Source of the DNA: Tannerella sp.
Lineage (GTDB): Bacteria; Bacteroidota; Bacteroidia; Bacteroidales; Tannerellaceae
DNA: 38,473 nucleotides
Reading direction: 5' to 3'
Assembly: GCA_031269635.1 (NCBI GenBank)
Contig: JAISYY010000257.1
Location: 1 to 38,473 of the forward strand
A model generated the notes under the pieces. That model made no database searches and was not told the origin of the DNA. It saw only the letters and a list, made by a program, of their open reading frames with translations. Shown here one piece after another: positions 28,430 to 38,473 of the stretch. The first letter of the stretch is position 1. The number at the start of each line of letters is the position of its first letter. The translations under genes were made by a program, and so were the position numbers.

Positions 28430-29338
28430 TCATGATACGGCGTTACATATACTGTCAATGTAAGAGATTATATGTTTCTCATTATCAGGATTAAACCATT
28501 GTATTTCCGTGTCGCGTCCGAACCATGTCATTTGCTTGCGGGCATATATGCGCGTGTTGCGTTTTATTTTTTCCACGGCTTCGTCAAGCGTATATATCCC
28601 GTCGAAATACAGAAACAGTTCTTTGTATCCTACGGTATTGAGCGCGTTCAGGTTACGCATCGGGTAAACGCTTCGCGCTTCTTCGATAAAACCGCTGTTG
28701 ATCATCTCGTCGACGCGTCTGTTTATGCGCTCGAATAACTCCGGACGCTGGCGTGTAAGTCCGATTTTGCAAATGTTGAAGGGGCGTTCCTTGATCCGGT
28801 TTGTCCGTAGTGAAGAATACGGTTTGCCGGTCATCCGGCATAGTTCGACCGCATGGATAACGCGCCTGTGATTCATGCGGTCGACTTTGCCGTAGTGGAT
28901 CGGGTCTGATTCTTTTAATTCTTCAAGTATCGGGGCGAGTCCCTCCCTGTCAAACTGTTCCCATAAGGCGTTGCGTATTTCGGGCGTTACGGTCGGCATA
29001 TCGTCAATGCCTTTACACACGGCGTCGATATACATCATCGAGCCGCCGCAAAGCAACAGGAAAGGCTGTGATTCGTGAAGTTTATTGATCAGGGAAACCG
29101 CTTCTTCTTCAAAAATACTTGCACTGTAATAGTCGGAGATCGTATGCGTCGCGACGAAATAATGCTTGACGAGATTCAGATACTTTTCCCCGGGCGCTGC
29201 CGTACCTGTGGGTAATTCCTTATATATCTGGCGTGAGTCGGCCGATATGACGGGACTTCCTATATGGCGGGCGATGCGGATACTTAGCGCTGTTTTTCCG
29301 ACGCCCGTTGGTCCGAGCAAAACAAACAGTATTTTCAT
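28430..29338 (-). CDS. miaA: tRNA (adenosine(37)-N6)-dimethylallyltransferase
   Basis: GPTGVGKT, SADSRQIY, GGSMMY, VGYKE, TRIYARKQMTW; an alternative start lies at 29350. Confidence 0.95.
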   Translation of the reverse strand: MKILFVLLGPTGVGKTALSIRIARHIGSPVISADSRQIYKELPTGTAAPGEKYLNLVKHYFVATHTISDYYSASIFEEEAVSLINKLHESQPFLLLCGGSMMYIDAVCKGIDDMPTVTPEIRNALWEQFDREGLAPILEELKESDPIHYGKVDRMNHRRVIHAVELCRMTGKPYSSLRTNRIKERPFNICKIGLTRQRPELFERINRRVDEMINSGFIEEARSVYPMRNLNALNTVGYKELFLYFDGIYTLDEAVEKIKRNTRIYARKQMTWFGRDTEIQWFNPDNEKHIISYIDSICNAVS

Positions 29339-29407
29339 TCGGAACTTCATTCAAAGGTTCGAAAACGCTTTCTGCAACGAAAGTGAAACAACGGCGCATC
29401 GTTTCAT

Positions 29408-29956
29408 TCAGAACGGGTCGTCCGTCAGACGGTTTTCAAACGTATCTTCGTCCAGGCCTTCAAGATCCTCATCATCAAATTCGTCCTCTCCGTAGAAGTT
29501 TTCGCCCAGGTCCGTGTTGATATTGAAATCATTGTTTACGAGGTCAAAATCTATATACTGCTTCGGAGGTTCTCCGATGGACTTGCTGCATACGGGTTTT
29601 TTCAGCTCTTTTCCCGTGATTATTTCACAAAGTTCGATAAAAAAAACACGTTCCGTCAGCGGGTCGAATACGTAAAGAAGTTTCTGATATTCCTCTTCGA
29701 GCAGGTCTTCCAGATACGTTTGCTCCATTATATAACTGTCTTCTTCCGAAGAAGTATCCATTTCAATAAGCGTGATTTCGGTTTGTTTACTCCAGTCATT
29801 CCCGCAAATAAAAAACGAATACATTTGTTTCTCTTCATATCCGGTCGCCTTAAGAATCTCGTTGTGAAGATCAAGGAACGTAGCCTGTGAACTTATCTGT
29901 ATTTCCCTTTTGAAGTTGTTAACTTCGTCGGATAATAATAAAAATTTGTATACCAT
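29408..29956 (-). CDS. pRiA4b ORF-3-like conserved protein with acidic tail
   Basis: FKREIQISSQATFLDLH, LLYVFD, RVFFIEL; usual position between lpxA and miaA in Bacteroidales. Confidence 0.75.
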   Translation of the reverse strand: MVYKFLLLSDEVNNFKREIQISSQATFLDLHNEILKATGYEEKQMYSFFICGNDWSKQTEITLIEMDTSSEEDSYIMEQTYLEDLLEEEYQKLLYVFDPLTERVFFIELCEIITGKELKKPVCSKSIGEPPKQYIDFDLVNNDFNINTDLGENFYGEDEFDDEDLEGLDEDTFENRLTDDPF

Positions 29957-30034
29957 AATAGTTTCTGTTAATTGAGATGACGTGCAAATGTGTGAAAAAA
30001 AAGTGATATTGCAAAAGGATATGTATTTATTTTT

Positions 30035-30817
30035 CTAATCATCTATCGAACCTCTGACGATGCCTCTTTTTGATGTTTTTATAAAGTTAAGGATGAGATC
30101 GCGTTCCACGCTTGGCTCATACTCCGTTTCGATGGCATTGAGGGCCTCCGTGTTATTGAGTCCGCGCGTATATAACGTACGGTAGATGTCCTGAATGAGG
30201 AACACCTGGCTTTTCGTGAAGCCGCGCCTGTGCAGTCCGACGATGTTAATGCCGCAGTATGCTATCGGTTCGCGGCCAATCAGCGTGTAAGGAGGAATAT
30301 CTTTGCCGACGCGCGATCCGCCCTGTATCATCACGTGTTTTGATATGCGGGTGAACTGATGTACCAGCGAGCCGCCGCTTATGATTGCATAATTATCGAC
30401 TTCGACTTCACCGGCCAGTTGGGAGGCGTTCCCGATGATAACGTTATTGTCAATGATACAATCATGTGCAATGTGGCCATAAGCCATGATAAGGCAGTTG
30501 TTGCCTACGACGGTTTTGCCTTTTGATGCGGTTCCCCGGTTCACGGTGACACATTCGCGTATAGTCGTATGATTTCCTATTTCTGCGGTAGATTCTTCTC
30601 CTGCGAATTTCAGGTCTTGCGGAATCCCGGCAATGACAGCTCCCGGAAAAATCATACAATCGGAACCTATTCTGGCTCCATCTAAAATTGTAGCGTGTGA
30701 AAAAATGCGACAGTTGTCGCCTATGACCACATCTTTTTCAATTACGGCAAAGGGGTCGATCGTGACATTATTTCCTATCTTTGCTTCCGGATGGATAACG
30801 GCTAATGGTGAGTGCAT
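30035..30817 (-). CDS. lpxA: Acyl-ACP--UDP-N-acetylglucosamine O-acyltransferase
   Basis: Hexapeptide repeats, PQDLKF, RECVTVNRGT, HIAHDC, VHQF; start MHSPLA avoids overlap with lpxC. Confidence 0.95.
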   Translation of the reverse strand: MHSPLAVIHPEAKIGNNVTIDPFAVIEKDVVIGDNCRIFSHATILDGARIGSDCMIFPGAVIAGIPQDLKFAGEESTAEIGNHTTIRECVTVNRGTASKGKTVVGNNCLIMAYGHIAHDCIIDNNVIIGNASQLAGEVEVDNYAIISGGSLVHQFTRISKHVMIQGGSRVGKDIPPYTLIGREPIAYCGINIVGLHRRGFTKSQVFLIQDIYRTLYTRGLNNTEALNAIETEYEPSVERDLILNFIKTSKRGIVRGSIDD

Positions 30818-30821
30818 ATTG

Positions 30822-32207
30822 TTATTTGTTTTTAATGATTTGTGCCATAAATTCAGCTTCGCAGACAATTTTTTCCCCTACAAAAACATATCCTTTCATG
30901 GTCGATATGCCCCGGCGCATGGGAGCCAAAAGTTGCAGACGGAAAATGAGTGTATCTCCCGGAACGACTTTCTGCCGGAATTTCACGCCGTCGATTTTCA
31001 TGAAATAGGTCGAATAACGATCCGGTTCATCTACGGAGTTAAGTACCAGCAAGCCTCCGGTCTGCGCCATTGACTCTACGAGAAAGACGCCGGGCATAAC
31101 AGGCTCCTGCGGGAAATGTCCCTGAAAGAACGGTTCGTTAACCGTAACGTTTTTAATACCGACGATATAATCTCCTCCTATTTCAATAATCTTGTCGACA
31201 AGAAGGAAGGGATAGCGGTGAGGTAACAGTTCGCGAATGCGGTTGATGTCCATGACCGGATTTGCGTCAATGTTGTATATCGGCGGCTGTATGTCGTTTA
31301 TTTTTATGTCTTTGCGTATCAAACGTGCAAGCTGGTTATTGATTTTATGTCCCGGGCGCGTAGCAATGACATGTCCTTTTATGGGTTTCCCGATGAGGGC
31401 CAGATCGCCGATTACATCTATCAGCTTGTGTCTTGCCGGCTCGTTCGGGAAAACGAGGGGTTTATCGTTCACATAGCCAAATTCTTTAACATTTACATGC
31501 GGCAAGCCTAACGTGTCGGCGATGCGGTTCATATCGGCCTGTTCCATTTTTTTGTCGTAGATAACGATTGCATTATCCAGGTCGCCGCCTTTTATCAGGT
31601 TGTTTTGCAGCAGCATTTCTATTTCGCGGACGAAAACAAATGTTCTTGATGACGCGATTTCTTTAGGAAATTCGCTTATGCTTGTCAGCGAAGCATATTG
31701 ATTAGACAATACGGGGGAATCAAATTCAATCAGCACGTTGATACTGAATTTGTCGTCAGGCAATATGATAAGCGAAGACCCCGTTTTTTCATCTTTTACC
31801 TCAATCTTATGTCGTACGATATAAAAATCTTTTGGCGCGTTTTGTTCCGTAATGCCGGCCTTTTCGATATTTTCGGAGAAGAAACGTGCGCTGCCGTCGA
31901 GGATCGGAATTTCGGGAGCATCCACTTCGATGAGGCAGTTATCAATCCCCCACGCATATAAGGCGGCAAGTGCATGTTCTACGGTGCTTACCTGTACGTC
32001 TCCTTTCGACAGGACAGTACCCCTTTGCGTATTTGTTACATTTTCGGCCGAAGCGTCAATGACGGGTTGTCCTTCCAGATCAATACGTTTTATTTTATAC
32101 CCGTGATTTTCTTGAGCGGGTTTGAATGTCACGTTTATGTTAAGTCCGGTATGAAGCCCTTTTCCTTTTAAGGAAAATTCGGAAGCTAATGTTTTTTGTT
32201 TCTGCAT
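30822..32207 (-). CDS. lpxC/fabZ: Bifunctional LpxC deacetylase / FabZ dehydratase
   Basis: GKGLHTG, TVEHALAAL, HKLIDVIGD (LpxC); LPHRYPFLLVD, FQGHFP, PVMPGV (FabZ). Confidence 0.96.
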   Translation of the reverse strand: MQKQKTLASEFSLKGKGLHTGLNINVTFKPAQENHGYKIKRIDLEGQPVIDASAENVTNTQRGTVLSKGDVQVSTVEHALAALYAWGIDNCLIEVDAPEIPILDGSARFFSENIEKAGITEQNAPKDFYIVRHKIEVKDEKTGSSLIILPDDKFSINVLIEFDSPVLSNQYASLTSISEFPKEIASSRTFVFVREIEMLLQNNLIKGGDLDNAIVIYDKKMEQADMNRIADTLGLPHVNVKEFGYVNDKPLVFPNEPARHKLIDVIGDLALIGKPIKGHVIATRPGHKINNQLARLIRKDIKINDIQPPIYNIDANPVMDINRIRELLPHRYPFLLVDKIIEIGGDYIVGIKNVTVNEPFFQGHFPQEPVMPGVFLVESMAQTGGLLVLNSVDEPDRYSTYFMKIDGVKFRQKVVPGDTLIFRLQLLAPMRRGISTMKGYVFVGEKIVCEAEFMAQIIKNK

Positions 32208-32211
32208 ATCG

Positions 32212-33249
32212 TTATTGTTTGTTTTTTTTCAATTCTTCCATGTCTTTCTGTAATTGGTTAAGAGTCCGGTATATTTCCGGCAGTTTTTCGAAAATAACAC
32301 TTGAGCGCAAGAAATTTTTTATCGGAATAGCCGGTGAGCCCAGGATCCGGGCGTCTTCTTTTATGTTGCTTAATATTCCCGATTGCGCTCCTATCTGGAC
32401 ATTATCGCCAATGTTAATATGTCCGCTTAATCCGACCTGGCCGCCAATCATACAGTTGGAGCCGATTTTCGTAGAACCTGCAATGCCGGCCTGCGAAGCC
32501 ATTACCGTGTTCCTGCCGATCTCCACATTATGAGCGATCTGGATAAGATTGTCCAGTTTTACGCCTTGATGTATGACCGTCGATCCCATCACGGCACGGT
32601 CGATCGCAGTGTTTGCGCCTATTTCCACGTTATCTTCGAGTATCACATTTCCAATCTGGGCGATTTTTTTAAATTCCCCGTTCTCCGGTGCAAATCCGAA
32701 GCCGTCCGCGCCGATCACTGCGCCGGCATGAATGATGCAGTTACTGCCGATGATACATCCTTCGTAAATGGTGACATGGGGATAAACAATCGTATGATCG
32801 CCGATTTTGACATGATCGCCGATACACGCATGAGGATAAATCAAACAGTCATTTCCTATCACCGTTTTTTCGCCGACGTATGCAAATGCCCCGATGTAAC
32901 AGTTCTCGCCGGTAGAGGCGGTTTCGGCTATGAACGCAGAACGGTCGATGCCGCGTTTCCTGGTTCCGGTCTGTTCGGCCAGGTTCAGTAACGCCGCCAG
33001 CGAAGCGTATGCATTCGGTACTTTTATTAAAGTAGGCTCAATCGTCGAGACTGGGGAGAAATCCCTGTTTACAAGTACGATACTTGCTTTCGTTTTGTAT
33101 ATGAAATGTTCATATTTCGGATTGGCAAGGAATGTAATGGTTCCCGGCAATCCTTCTTCTATCCTGGAAAAATTATTAACTTTTGTAGTCGGGTCACCTA
33201 CTACATTTCCTTTTAAAAAATCAGCAATCTGTTGAGCTGTAAACTCCAT
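32212..33249 (-). CDS. lpxD: UDP-3-O-(3-hydroxymyristoyl)glucosamine N-acyltransferase
   Basis: [30 protein letters not shown]; own TAACTTTG promoter at 33334-33341. Confidence 0.96.
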   Translation of the reverse strand: MEFTAQQIADFLKGNVVGDPTTKVNNFSRIEEGLPGTITFLANPKYEHFIYKTKASIVLVNRDFSPVSTIEPTLIKVPNAYASLAALLNLAEQTGTRKRGIDRSAFIAETASTGENCYIGAFAYVGEKTVIGNDCLIYPHACIGDHVKIGDHTIVYPHVTIYEGCIIGSNCIIHAGAVIGADGFGFAPENGEFKKIAQIGNVILEDNVEIGANTAIDRAVMGSTVIHQGVKLDNLIQIAHNVEIGRNTVMASQAGIAGSTKIGSNCMIGGQVGLSGHINIGDNVQIGAQSGILSNIKEDARILGSPAIPIKNFLRSSVIFEKLPEIYRTLNQLQKDMEELKKNKQ

Positions 33250-33390
33250 TCTCTTTATTGTTTTTGAATTTCCGTTGTAAAACTACTACGATTTTAATAC
33301 ATTGCTTGTGCATTTGAGCATATTTTTAGCCCACAAAGTTAGTAAAAAAATGAATTGCTAAAAAATTATACGAAACATTTCCTCTTTTGA

Positions 33391-34221
33391 CTAAATAATT
33401 CCTTTTATTGACAAGTGATATTCCATTCTTTCCCGGACAGAAGATGCTTCCATTCCGGCCTTTTCGGCAAAATCTTCCGCTTTGCCGGCATACAGGATGG
33501 CACGCGACGAATTGACAATAAGTCCGCAGGCGTCGTTCATTCCATAGTTGCATACGTCGTCCAGAGAGCCTCCCTGTGCGCCGATTCCGGGTACGAGCAG
33601 GAAATGGCGGGGCGCCACCTTACGTATGTCTTCAAACATTTTGCCTTGTGTGGCGCCGGCAACATACATCATATTTTCATCATTCCCCCATTTTTGCGAA
33701 ACACGTAATACCTTCTCGAACAGGCGTTCCTTTTCACGGTCTTCGGTCAACTGAAAATCAGAAGACCCCTTGTTCGACGTAAGGGCGAGAAGGATGACCC
33801 ATTTACCCTCATAAGTAAGGAATGGGGCCACACTGTCTTCGCCCATGTAAGGGGCTACGGTGAGCGCGTCGAAATCCAGTTCTTCAAAAAATGTACGCGC
33901 GTACATAGCAGAAGTATTACCGATGTCGCCCCGTTTGGCATCCGCTATGAGAAACTGGTCGGGGTAATTTGCCCGGATGTATTTTACCGTTTTTTCGAGG
34001 GATATCCAGCCGTTTAATCCTCCGGATTCGTAAAAAGCAAGATTCGGCTTGTAGGCGATGCAATAATTTGCCGTAGCATCAATAATCGCTTTATTGAAAG
34101 CAAAAACAGGATCATCTTCTTTCAACAAATGTTGCGGTATTTTTTTTATATCCGTATCTAATCCTACACACAGGAATGATTTTTTACGTTTGATATTCGT
34201 TAAAAGTTCGTTTTTGTTCAT
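33391..34221 (-). CDS. pyrF: Orotidine-5'-phosphate decarboxylase
   Basis: [41 protein letters not shown]. Confidence 0.96.
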   Translation of the reverse strand: MNKNELLTNIKRKKSFLCVGLDTDIKKIPQHLLKEDDPVFAFNKAIIDATANYCIAYKPNLAFYESGGLNGWISLEKTVKYIRANYPDQFLIADAKRGDIGNTSAMYARTFFEELDFDALTVAPYMGEDSVAPFLTYEGKWVILLALTSNKGSSDFQLTEDREKERLFEKVLRVSQKWGNDENMMYVAGATQGKMFEDIRKVAPRHFLLVPGIGAQGGSLDDVCNYGMNDACGLIVNSSRAILYAGKAEDFAEKAGMEASSVRERMEYHLSIKGII

Positions 34222-34265
34222 TGTTCACAATATATAATTTCATAATACACAGTTCATCGTTCACA
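34216..34265. repeat. Degenerate heptamer array across the prfA-pyrF spacer
   Basis: gttcatt gttcaca atatata atttcata atacaca gttcatc gttcaca; the first unit contains the pyrF start codon. Confidence 0.55.
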
Positions 34266-34279
34266 GGTTCCGTCAATAG

Positions 34280-35392
34280 TCATAATTCGCTGTCTTTTAT
34301 TCTTTCCGCATTTTCGGCAACAATCAAATGATCGATACAATCCTGTATGTCGCCATTCATAAAAGCGGCGAGGTTATAAATCGTATAATTGATACGATGA
34401 TCGGTGATACGTCCTTGCGGATAGTTGTAAGTGCGTATTTTCGCCGAGCGGTCGCCGGTTGAAACCATCGTTTTGCGTCGGGAAGCGATATCGTCGATAT
34501 ATTTCTGATGTTCTTTATCATATATGAACGAGCGCAGGCGGCTTAATGCCCTTTCTTTGTTTTTCGGTTGATCCCGTGTTTCCGTACATTCAATGAGAAT
34601 TTCTTCGGCAACGCCTGTGTTCGGATTTTTCCACATATACCGCAAGCGAACGCCGGACTCCACTTTGTTCACATTCTGTCCACCGGCTCCGCTTGAACGG
34701 AATGTATCCCATTTGATTTCGCCTTCGTTTATCTCGACGTCAAATTCGTCGGCTTCGGGCAGTACGGCAACCGTTGCGGCCGAAGTATGTACGCGTCCCT
34801 GCGTTTCGGTTTGCGGAACACGTTGTACGCGGTGGACGCCGGATTCGTATTTTAACGTACCGTACACATTATCGCCGGATACGGTAAATATTATTTCCTT
34901 GAAACCGCCGGATGCGCCTTCGTTACAACTTGATATGCCGGCACTCCAGCCTTTTATTTCGCAATATTTGGAATACATGCGGAACAGATCGCCGGCGAAA
35001 ATTGCCGCTTCGTCACCGCCTGTCCCGCCGCGTATTTCGACGATTGCATTTTTCCCGTCTTCCGGATCGGCCGGGATGAGCAGTAATTTTATTTCTTCTT
35101 CTATTTCGGGAAGACGTTGCTGGCCGGTTTCCAGTTCTTCGTTTGCTATTTTACGTATTTCCGGGTCCTGTTCCGAAGCAAGAATCTCTTTTGCTTCCTC
35201 AATATTTCCCAGTGTCTGAACATATTTCCGGCGTGCTTCCGTCAATCGTTCAAGCTCTTTATATTCTTTCGTGAGACGCACGTACCGTTTTTGGTCGGCA
35301 ATAACCGACGGGTCCGTGATGAGGGTAGATACTTCTTTGAAACGTCCGGCTATGCCGTCAAGTTTTTGCAATATATCGTTGTTGTCAGGCAT
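34280..35392 (-). CDS. prfA: Peptide chain release factor 1
   Basis: GTGGDEA, ESGVHRVQRVPQTE (PxT), SGAGGQNVNK, IRTYNYPQGR. Confidence 0.97.
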   Translation of the reverse strand: MPDNNDILQKLDGIAGRFKEVSTLITDPSVIADQKRYVRLTKEYKELERLTEARRKYVQTLGNIEEAKEILASEQDPEIRKIANEELETGQQRLPEIEEEIKLLLIPADPEDGKNAIVEIRGGTGGDEAAIFAGDLFRMYSKYCEIKGWSAGISSCNEGASGGFKEIIFTVSGDNVYGTLKYESGVHRVQRVPQTETQGRVHTSAATVAVLPEADEFDVEINEGEIKWDTFRSSGAGGQNVNKVESGVRLRYMWKNPNTGVAEEILIECTETRDQPKNKERALSRLRSFIYDKEHQKYIDDIASRRKTMVSTGDRSAKIRTYNYPQGRITDHRINYTIYNLAAFMNGDIQDCIDHLIVAENAERIKDSEL

Positions 35393-35397
35393 GGTTT

Positions 35398-36567
35398 TTA
35401 ATCGTAATAAAATTCTCCAAATTCGCTTTTTATGATCAGCTCTTTTTTATCACAAGCTTCCACATGTCCTACAATCCTGGCGTCGATGCCGAAGGATTTG
35501 CTTATTTCCATTATTTCCCCCGCATGTTTTTCGTCGAGGTAGATTTCAAAACGGTGTCCCATGTTGAAAACCTTATACATTTCCGGCCAGCCGGTCTGGC
35601 TCTGTTCCCGGATTGTCCCGAAAAGCGGCGGGACGGGAAACATGTTATCTTTTACCACCCGGAGATTATCAACAAAATGCAATATTTTAGTCTGTGCGCC
35701 GCCGGAACAATGAATCATTCCGTGAATACAGGGACGTATGCGGTCCAATATTTTTTTCACAACAGGCGCATAAGTACGGGTAGGGGATAATACCAGTTTC
35801 CCGGCGTCAACGGGAACATCCGCGACGGCGTCCGTAAGTTTAAGACTGCCGGAATAGACCAGGTCGCCGGGCAGGGAGGCGTCAAAACTTTCCGGGTATT
35901 TTTCTGCCAGGTATTTAGCAAAAACATCATGTCGTGCGGATGTCAGGCCATTGCTTCCCATCCCTCCGTTGTATGATTTTTCATACGTCGCCTGTCCGTA
36001 CGATGCCAGTCCGACGATCACATCCCCTGCGCCTATTTTGGCATTATCTATGACGTCGCTGCGTTTCATGCGGCAAGTCACGGTGCTGTCAACGATAATG
36101 GTTCTGACTAAATCGCCCACGTCGGCGGTTTCGCCTCCGGTAGCATAGACTCCGATGCCCATATCGCGCAGTTCCGCCAGTATTTCGTCCGTGCCGTTTA
36201 TAATAGCAGAAATGACTTCTCCCGGTATAAGCATCTTATTCCGGCCTATCGTGCTTGAGACAAGTATATTGTCCGTAGCGCCGGCACAGAGCAGGTCGTC
36301 AATATTCATGATCAATGCATCCTGTGCAATGCCCTTCCATACGGACAAGTCGCCGGTTTCACGCCAGTAGATATAGGCCAATGATGATTTCGTACCCGCA
36401 CCGTCGGCATGCATGATGTTGCAATACGCAGGATCTCCCCCCAATATGTCGGGAATAATCTTGCAGAAAGCCTTCGGGTAAAGACCTTTATCAATGTTTT
36501 TTATAGCGTTGTGAACATCTTCTTTTGATGCGCTTACGCCACGCAGGTTATATCTCCGGTCGCTCAT
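35398..36567 (-). CDS. purM: Phosphoribosylformylglycinamidine cyclo-ligase (AIR synthase, Bacteroidetes type)
   Basis: HADGAGTK, MNIDDLLC, GGETAD, SNGLTSAR, LSPTRTY, VFNMG. Confidence 0.9.
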   Translation of the reverse strand: MSDRRYNLRGVSASKEDVHNAIKNIDKGLYPKAFCKIIPDILGGDPAYCNIMHADGAGTKSSLAYIYWRETGDLSVWKGIAQDALIMNIDDLLCAGATDNILVSSTIGRNKMLIPGEVISAIINGTDEILAELRDMGIGVYATGGETADVGDLVRTIIVDSTVTCRMKRSDVIDNAKIGAGDVIVGLASYGQATYEKSYNGGMGSNGLTSARHDVFAKYLAEKYPESFDASLPGDLVYSGSLKLTDAVADVPVDAGKLVLSPTRTYAPVVKKILDRIRPCIHGMIHCSGGAQTKILHFVDNLRVVKDNMFPVPPLFGTIREQSQTGWPEMYKVFNMGHRFEIYLDEKHAGEIMEISKSFGIDARIVGHVEACDKKELIIKSEFGEFYYD

Positions 36568-36580
36568 TTTTGTTTATCTG

Positions 36581-37540
36581 TTATTTACGTACCTTAAGCG
36601 TATCACCCGGCTTGGGAGTGTAGCTGTTCTTTATTTTGTTAAGTTTGTATAAGGATTTCAGCTTCATACCGTACAGTTGAGATATGCTGTGTAAGGATTC
36701 CCCGTCCTTGACGACATGAATAAGGTTGCCTTTACTTGCATATTTTCTTTTTGCCTGAAGGTAGATCCTGTCTCCTTTTTTCAACTTGTATTCTGACGTT
36801 GTGTCATTATACTTCAACAACCTTTTCAGTTTCATGCGGGTGTCATACGCAACAAACTCGTATGTATCATTTTCCTGCGCTTCTATATAATGTACTTCGT
36901 TTGTTTCAAGAATCCTGCGTCTCCAGTTAACAGCCGCCGGGTATTTTTTGTTATTTTCGGGGGTATTTATCTTTATTTCGTAAATATCATCAATTATCGG
37001 CGTTTTTTCTACGATTTTGGCCCTGTCATACTTATACAGTTCGTAGGTCTCGATAATATTGACAAGTTTTACGCCGTAAGATTTGTCGGTAGCATACCTG
37101 CAACGTTGCAAGCCATGCGCCCAGCCTTTGTAATCATATATATCGAGATCGAACAGCGATACGTAATATTTCCTTTTTGCAAGGAACAGCGAGTGGTCAA
37201 TATACGATTCTTCAACGGATTTGTATGTCCGGAAACACTCGTCTTTTGCATCATCGTCATGATACATGCGTCCGCCCTGCCATTCATCTTTACATTTTAT
37301 GCCGAAATGATTGTTTCCCAAGCGAGCGAGACGGCTGCTGCCTGCCGCCGATTCCAAAAGTCCCTGCGCTAATGTAATGCTTGCAGGGATCTTATATTCT
37401 TTTTGTTGCTTAATAGCTAATATTTTATATTTTTCAATGTAAGCTTCGTATGCCGGACTTTTTGTTTTTTTTTCGCCGTGTATATGAAAAACACATAAGG
37501 TAAACAAAAAACACAAGAGAGATAAACGCATATAATTCAT
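36581..37540 (-). CDS. Glucosaminidase (GH73) with C-terminal LysM domain
   Basis: IPASITLAQGLLES, NNHFGIKC, YATD, HVVKDGESLHSISQLYG; start uncertain (37540 or 37531). Confidence 0.9.
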   Translation of the reverse strand: MNYMRLSLLCFLFTLCVFHIHGEKKTKSPAYEAYIEKYKILAIKQQKEYKIPASITLAQGLLESAAGSSRLARLGNNHFGIKCKDEWQGGRMYHDDDAKDECFRTYKSVEESYIDHSLFLAKRKYYVSLFDLDIYDYKGWAHGLQRCRYATDKSYGVKLVNIIETYELYKYDRAKIVEKTPIIDDIYEIKINTPENNKKYPAAVNWRRRILETNEVHYIEAQENDTYEFVAYDTRMKLKRLLKYNDTTSEYKLKKGDRIYLQAKRKYASKGNLIHVVKDGESLHSISQLYGMKLKSLYKLNKIKNSYTPKPGDTLKVRK

Positions 37541-37791
37541 AATACAATTAATCTGTTTTTTACTGTTATATAAATAAATGTTCACACGCGCGAATTTTCT
37601 GCTTTTTAACCGGACGCATGACTGTCTTAATACTGTTTTTTTATTCGTTGATGTTTAAAAACGGCTGCAAATATACGGTTTACAAATGAAAAAACCTTGT
37701 TAATGAGTAAGAAAATGAATAGAACGTACAAAAAACAGGAGAAAATCGGATGGATAAGTTATATTTGTACGCTTTAATATAATAATAATGT

Positions 37792-38256
37792 ATGGAAGAA
37801 TATAAGATTGAGTTGACGGTAAGGAAGTTGAAAATAGAAGAATTATCTTCTGTGGACAATTGTTTGCGTGTAGCCGCTGTTCGTGCGGCAAAACAGGCCT
37901 ATGCGCCTTATTCGCATTTTAACGTGGGTGCGGCGGTATTATTGAGCGACGGGACGATCGTAGAAGGCAACAATCAGGAGAATGTCGCCTATCCTTCGGG
38001 ACTGTGTGCGGAGCGTGTCGCATTATTTTATGCAGGCGCATCCCACCCCGGAATACCGGTTGTATCCATAGCCATTGTTGCCGTTAAGGATGAAGAAATT
38101 CAGGATACCGTTTCCCCTTGCGGCGCTTGTCGCCAGGTACTGTTCGAAACGGAACAGCGGTACGGCCACCCGGTACGCATCCTTTTGTGCGGCCGCGATG
38201 ACGTAATTGTCCTTTCTTCGGCCAAAGATTTGCTGCCCGTATCTTTTTTTATATGA
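37792..38256 (+). CDS. cdd: Cytidine deaminase
   Basis: AYAPYSHFNVGAA, GNNQEN, LCAERVA, PCGACRQ; TATATTTG promoter at 37760-37767. Confidence 0.95.
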   Translation: MEEYKIELTVRKLKIEELSSVDNCLRVAAVRAAKQAYAPYSHFNVGAAVLLSDGTIVEGNNQENVAYPSGLCAERVALFYAGASHPGIPVVSIAIVAVKDEEIQDTVSPCGACRQVLFETEQRYGHPVRILLCGRDDVIVLSSAKDLLPVSFFI

Positions 38257-38355
38257 CTTTTGAACAGAAACGGCCCGGAAAGCAGGCTGGCGTAATGAAG
38301 TCTGCGCAACGCCGACCGCGTCACAATAAATGGCGGGGTACGAAGCCGGAAACGA

Positions 38356-38473
38356 TCACCGCACCTTCCTGTCCGAAAGGTAATCAATCATACGCACGAT
38401 AGCCCTGCTGCATACGGGACAGAAAGGTTTTAAATCGCGCATCATGCAGTGATCCATCGGGCGGTATATTCCC
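38356..38473 (-). CDS. C-terminus of an M64-family metallopeptidase (5' part outside the window)
   Basis: Hand translation GIYRPMDHCMMRDLKPFCPVCSRAIVRMIDYLSDRKVR*; YRP..C.MR..FCPVC is the M64 C-terminal Cys motif; absent from the ORF track. Confidence 0.8.
   Translation of the reverse strand, partial: GIYRPMDHCMMRDLKPFCPVCSRAIVRMIDYLSDRKVR

Noticed and set aside
29408-29956. pRiA4b ORF-3/TnpR-like gene as a sign of a mobile element
   Set aside because: It sits in its usual chromosomal position between lpxA and miaA with no IS ends nearby.
38354-38454. Two nested imperfect inverted repeats suggesting a structured RNA
   Set aside because: They lie within the M64 peptidase coding tail; short and likely incidental.

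Overview
Core chromosomal region of a Bacteroidales bacterium, judged from many TAnnTTTG -7 promoter elements and Bacteroidetes-type gene order. It holds about 33 mostly housekeeping CDSs: dedA (partial), ileS-dksA-lspA-DUF4296, trmH, tamL-like Omp85, rpmE2, fba, sppA-lpxK-thiL, nadB, EamA, patatin/beta-barrel, nucleoside phosphorylase, floA-nfeD-TPR, miaA, lpxD-lpxC/fabZ-lpxA, pyrF-prfA-purM-glucosaminidase, cdd and the tail of an M64 peptidase, plus tRNA-Arg(ACG). The unexplained structure is intergenic. Two separate ~350 bp inserts (6111-6464 and 25065-25416) are each bracketed by inverted arrays of tandem heptamers that touch or overlap neighbouring start/stop codons. One of them carries a nested TA-flanked MITE-like element, and a third, lone degenerate heptamer array lies between prfA and pyrF. 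A small decayed accessory patch between thiL and nadB contains an IS1595-type transposase relic, a REP-like hairpin, a lipoprotein, an HU-like gene relic and an AT-rich SAM methyltransferase. No CRISPR array, prophage or intact IS was seen. All family calls are motif recognition by eye, not database searches.
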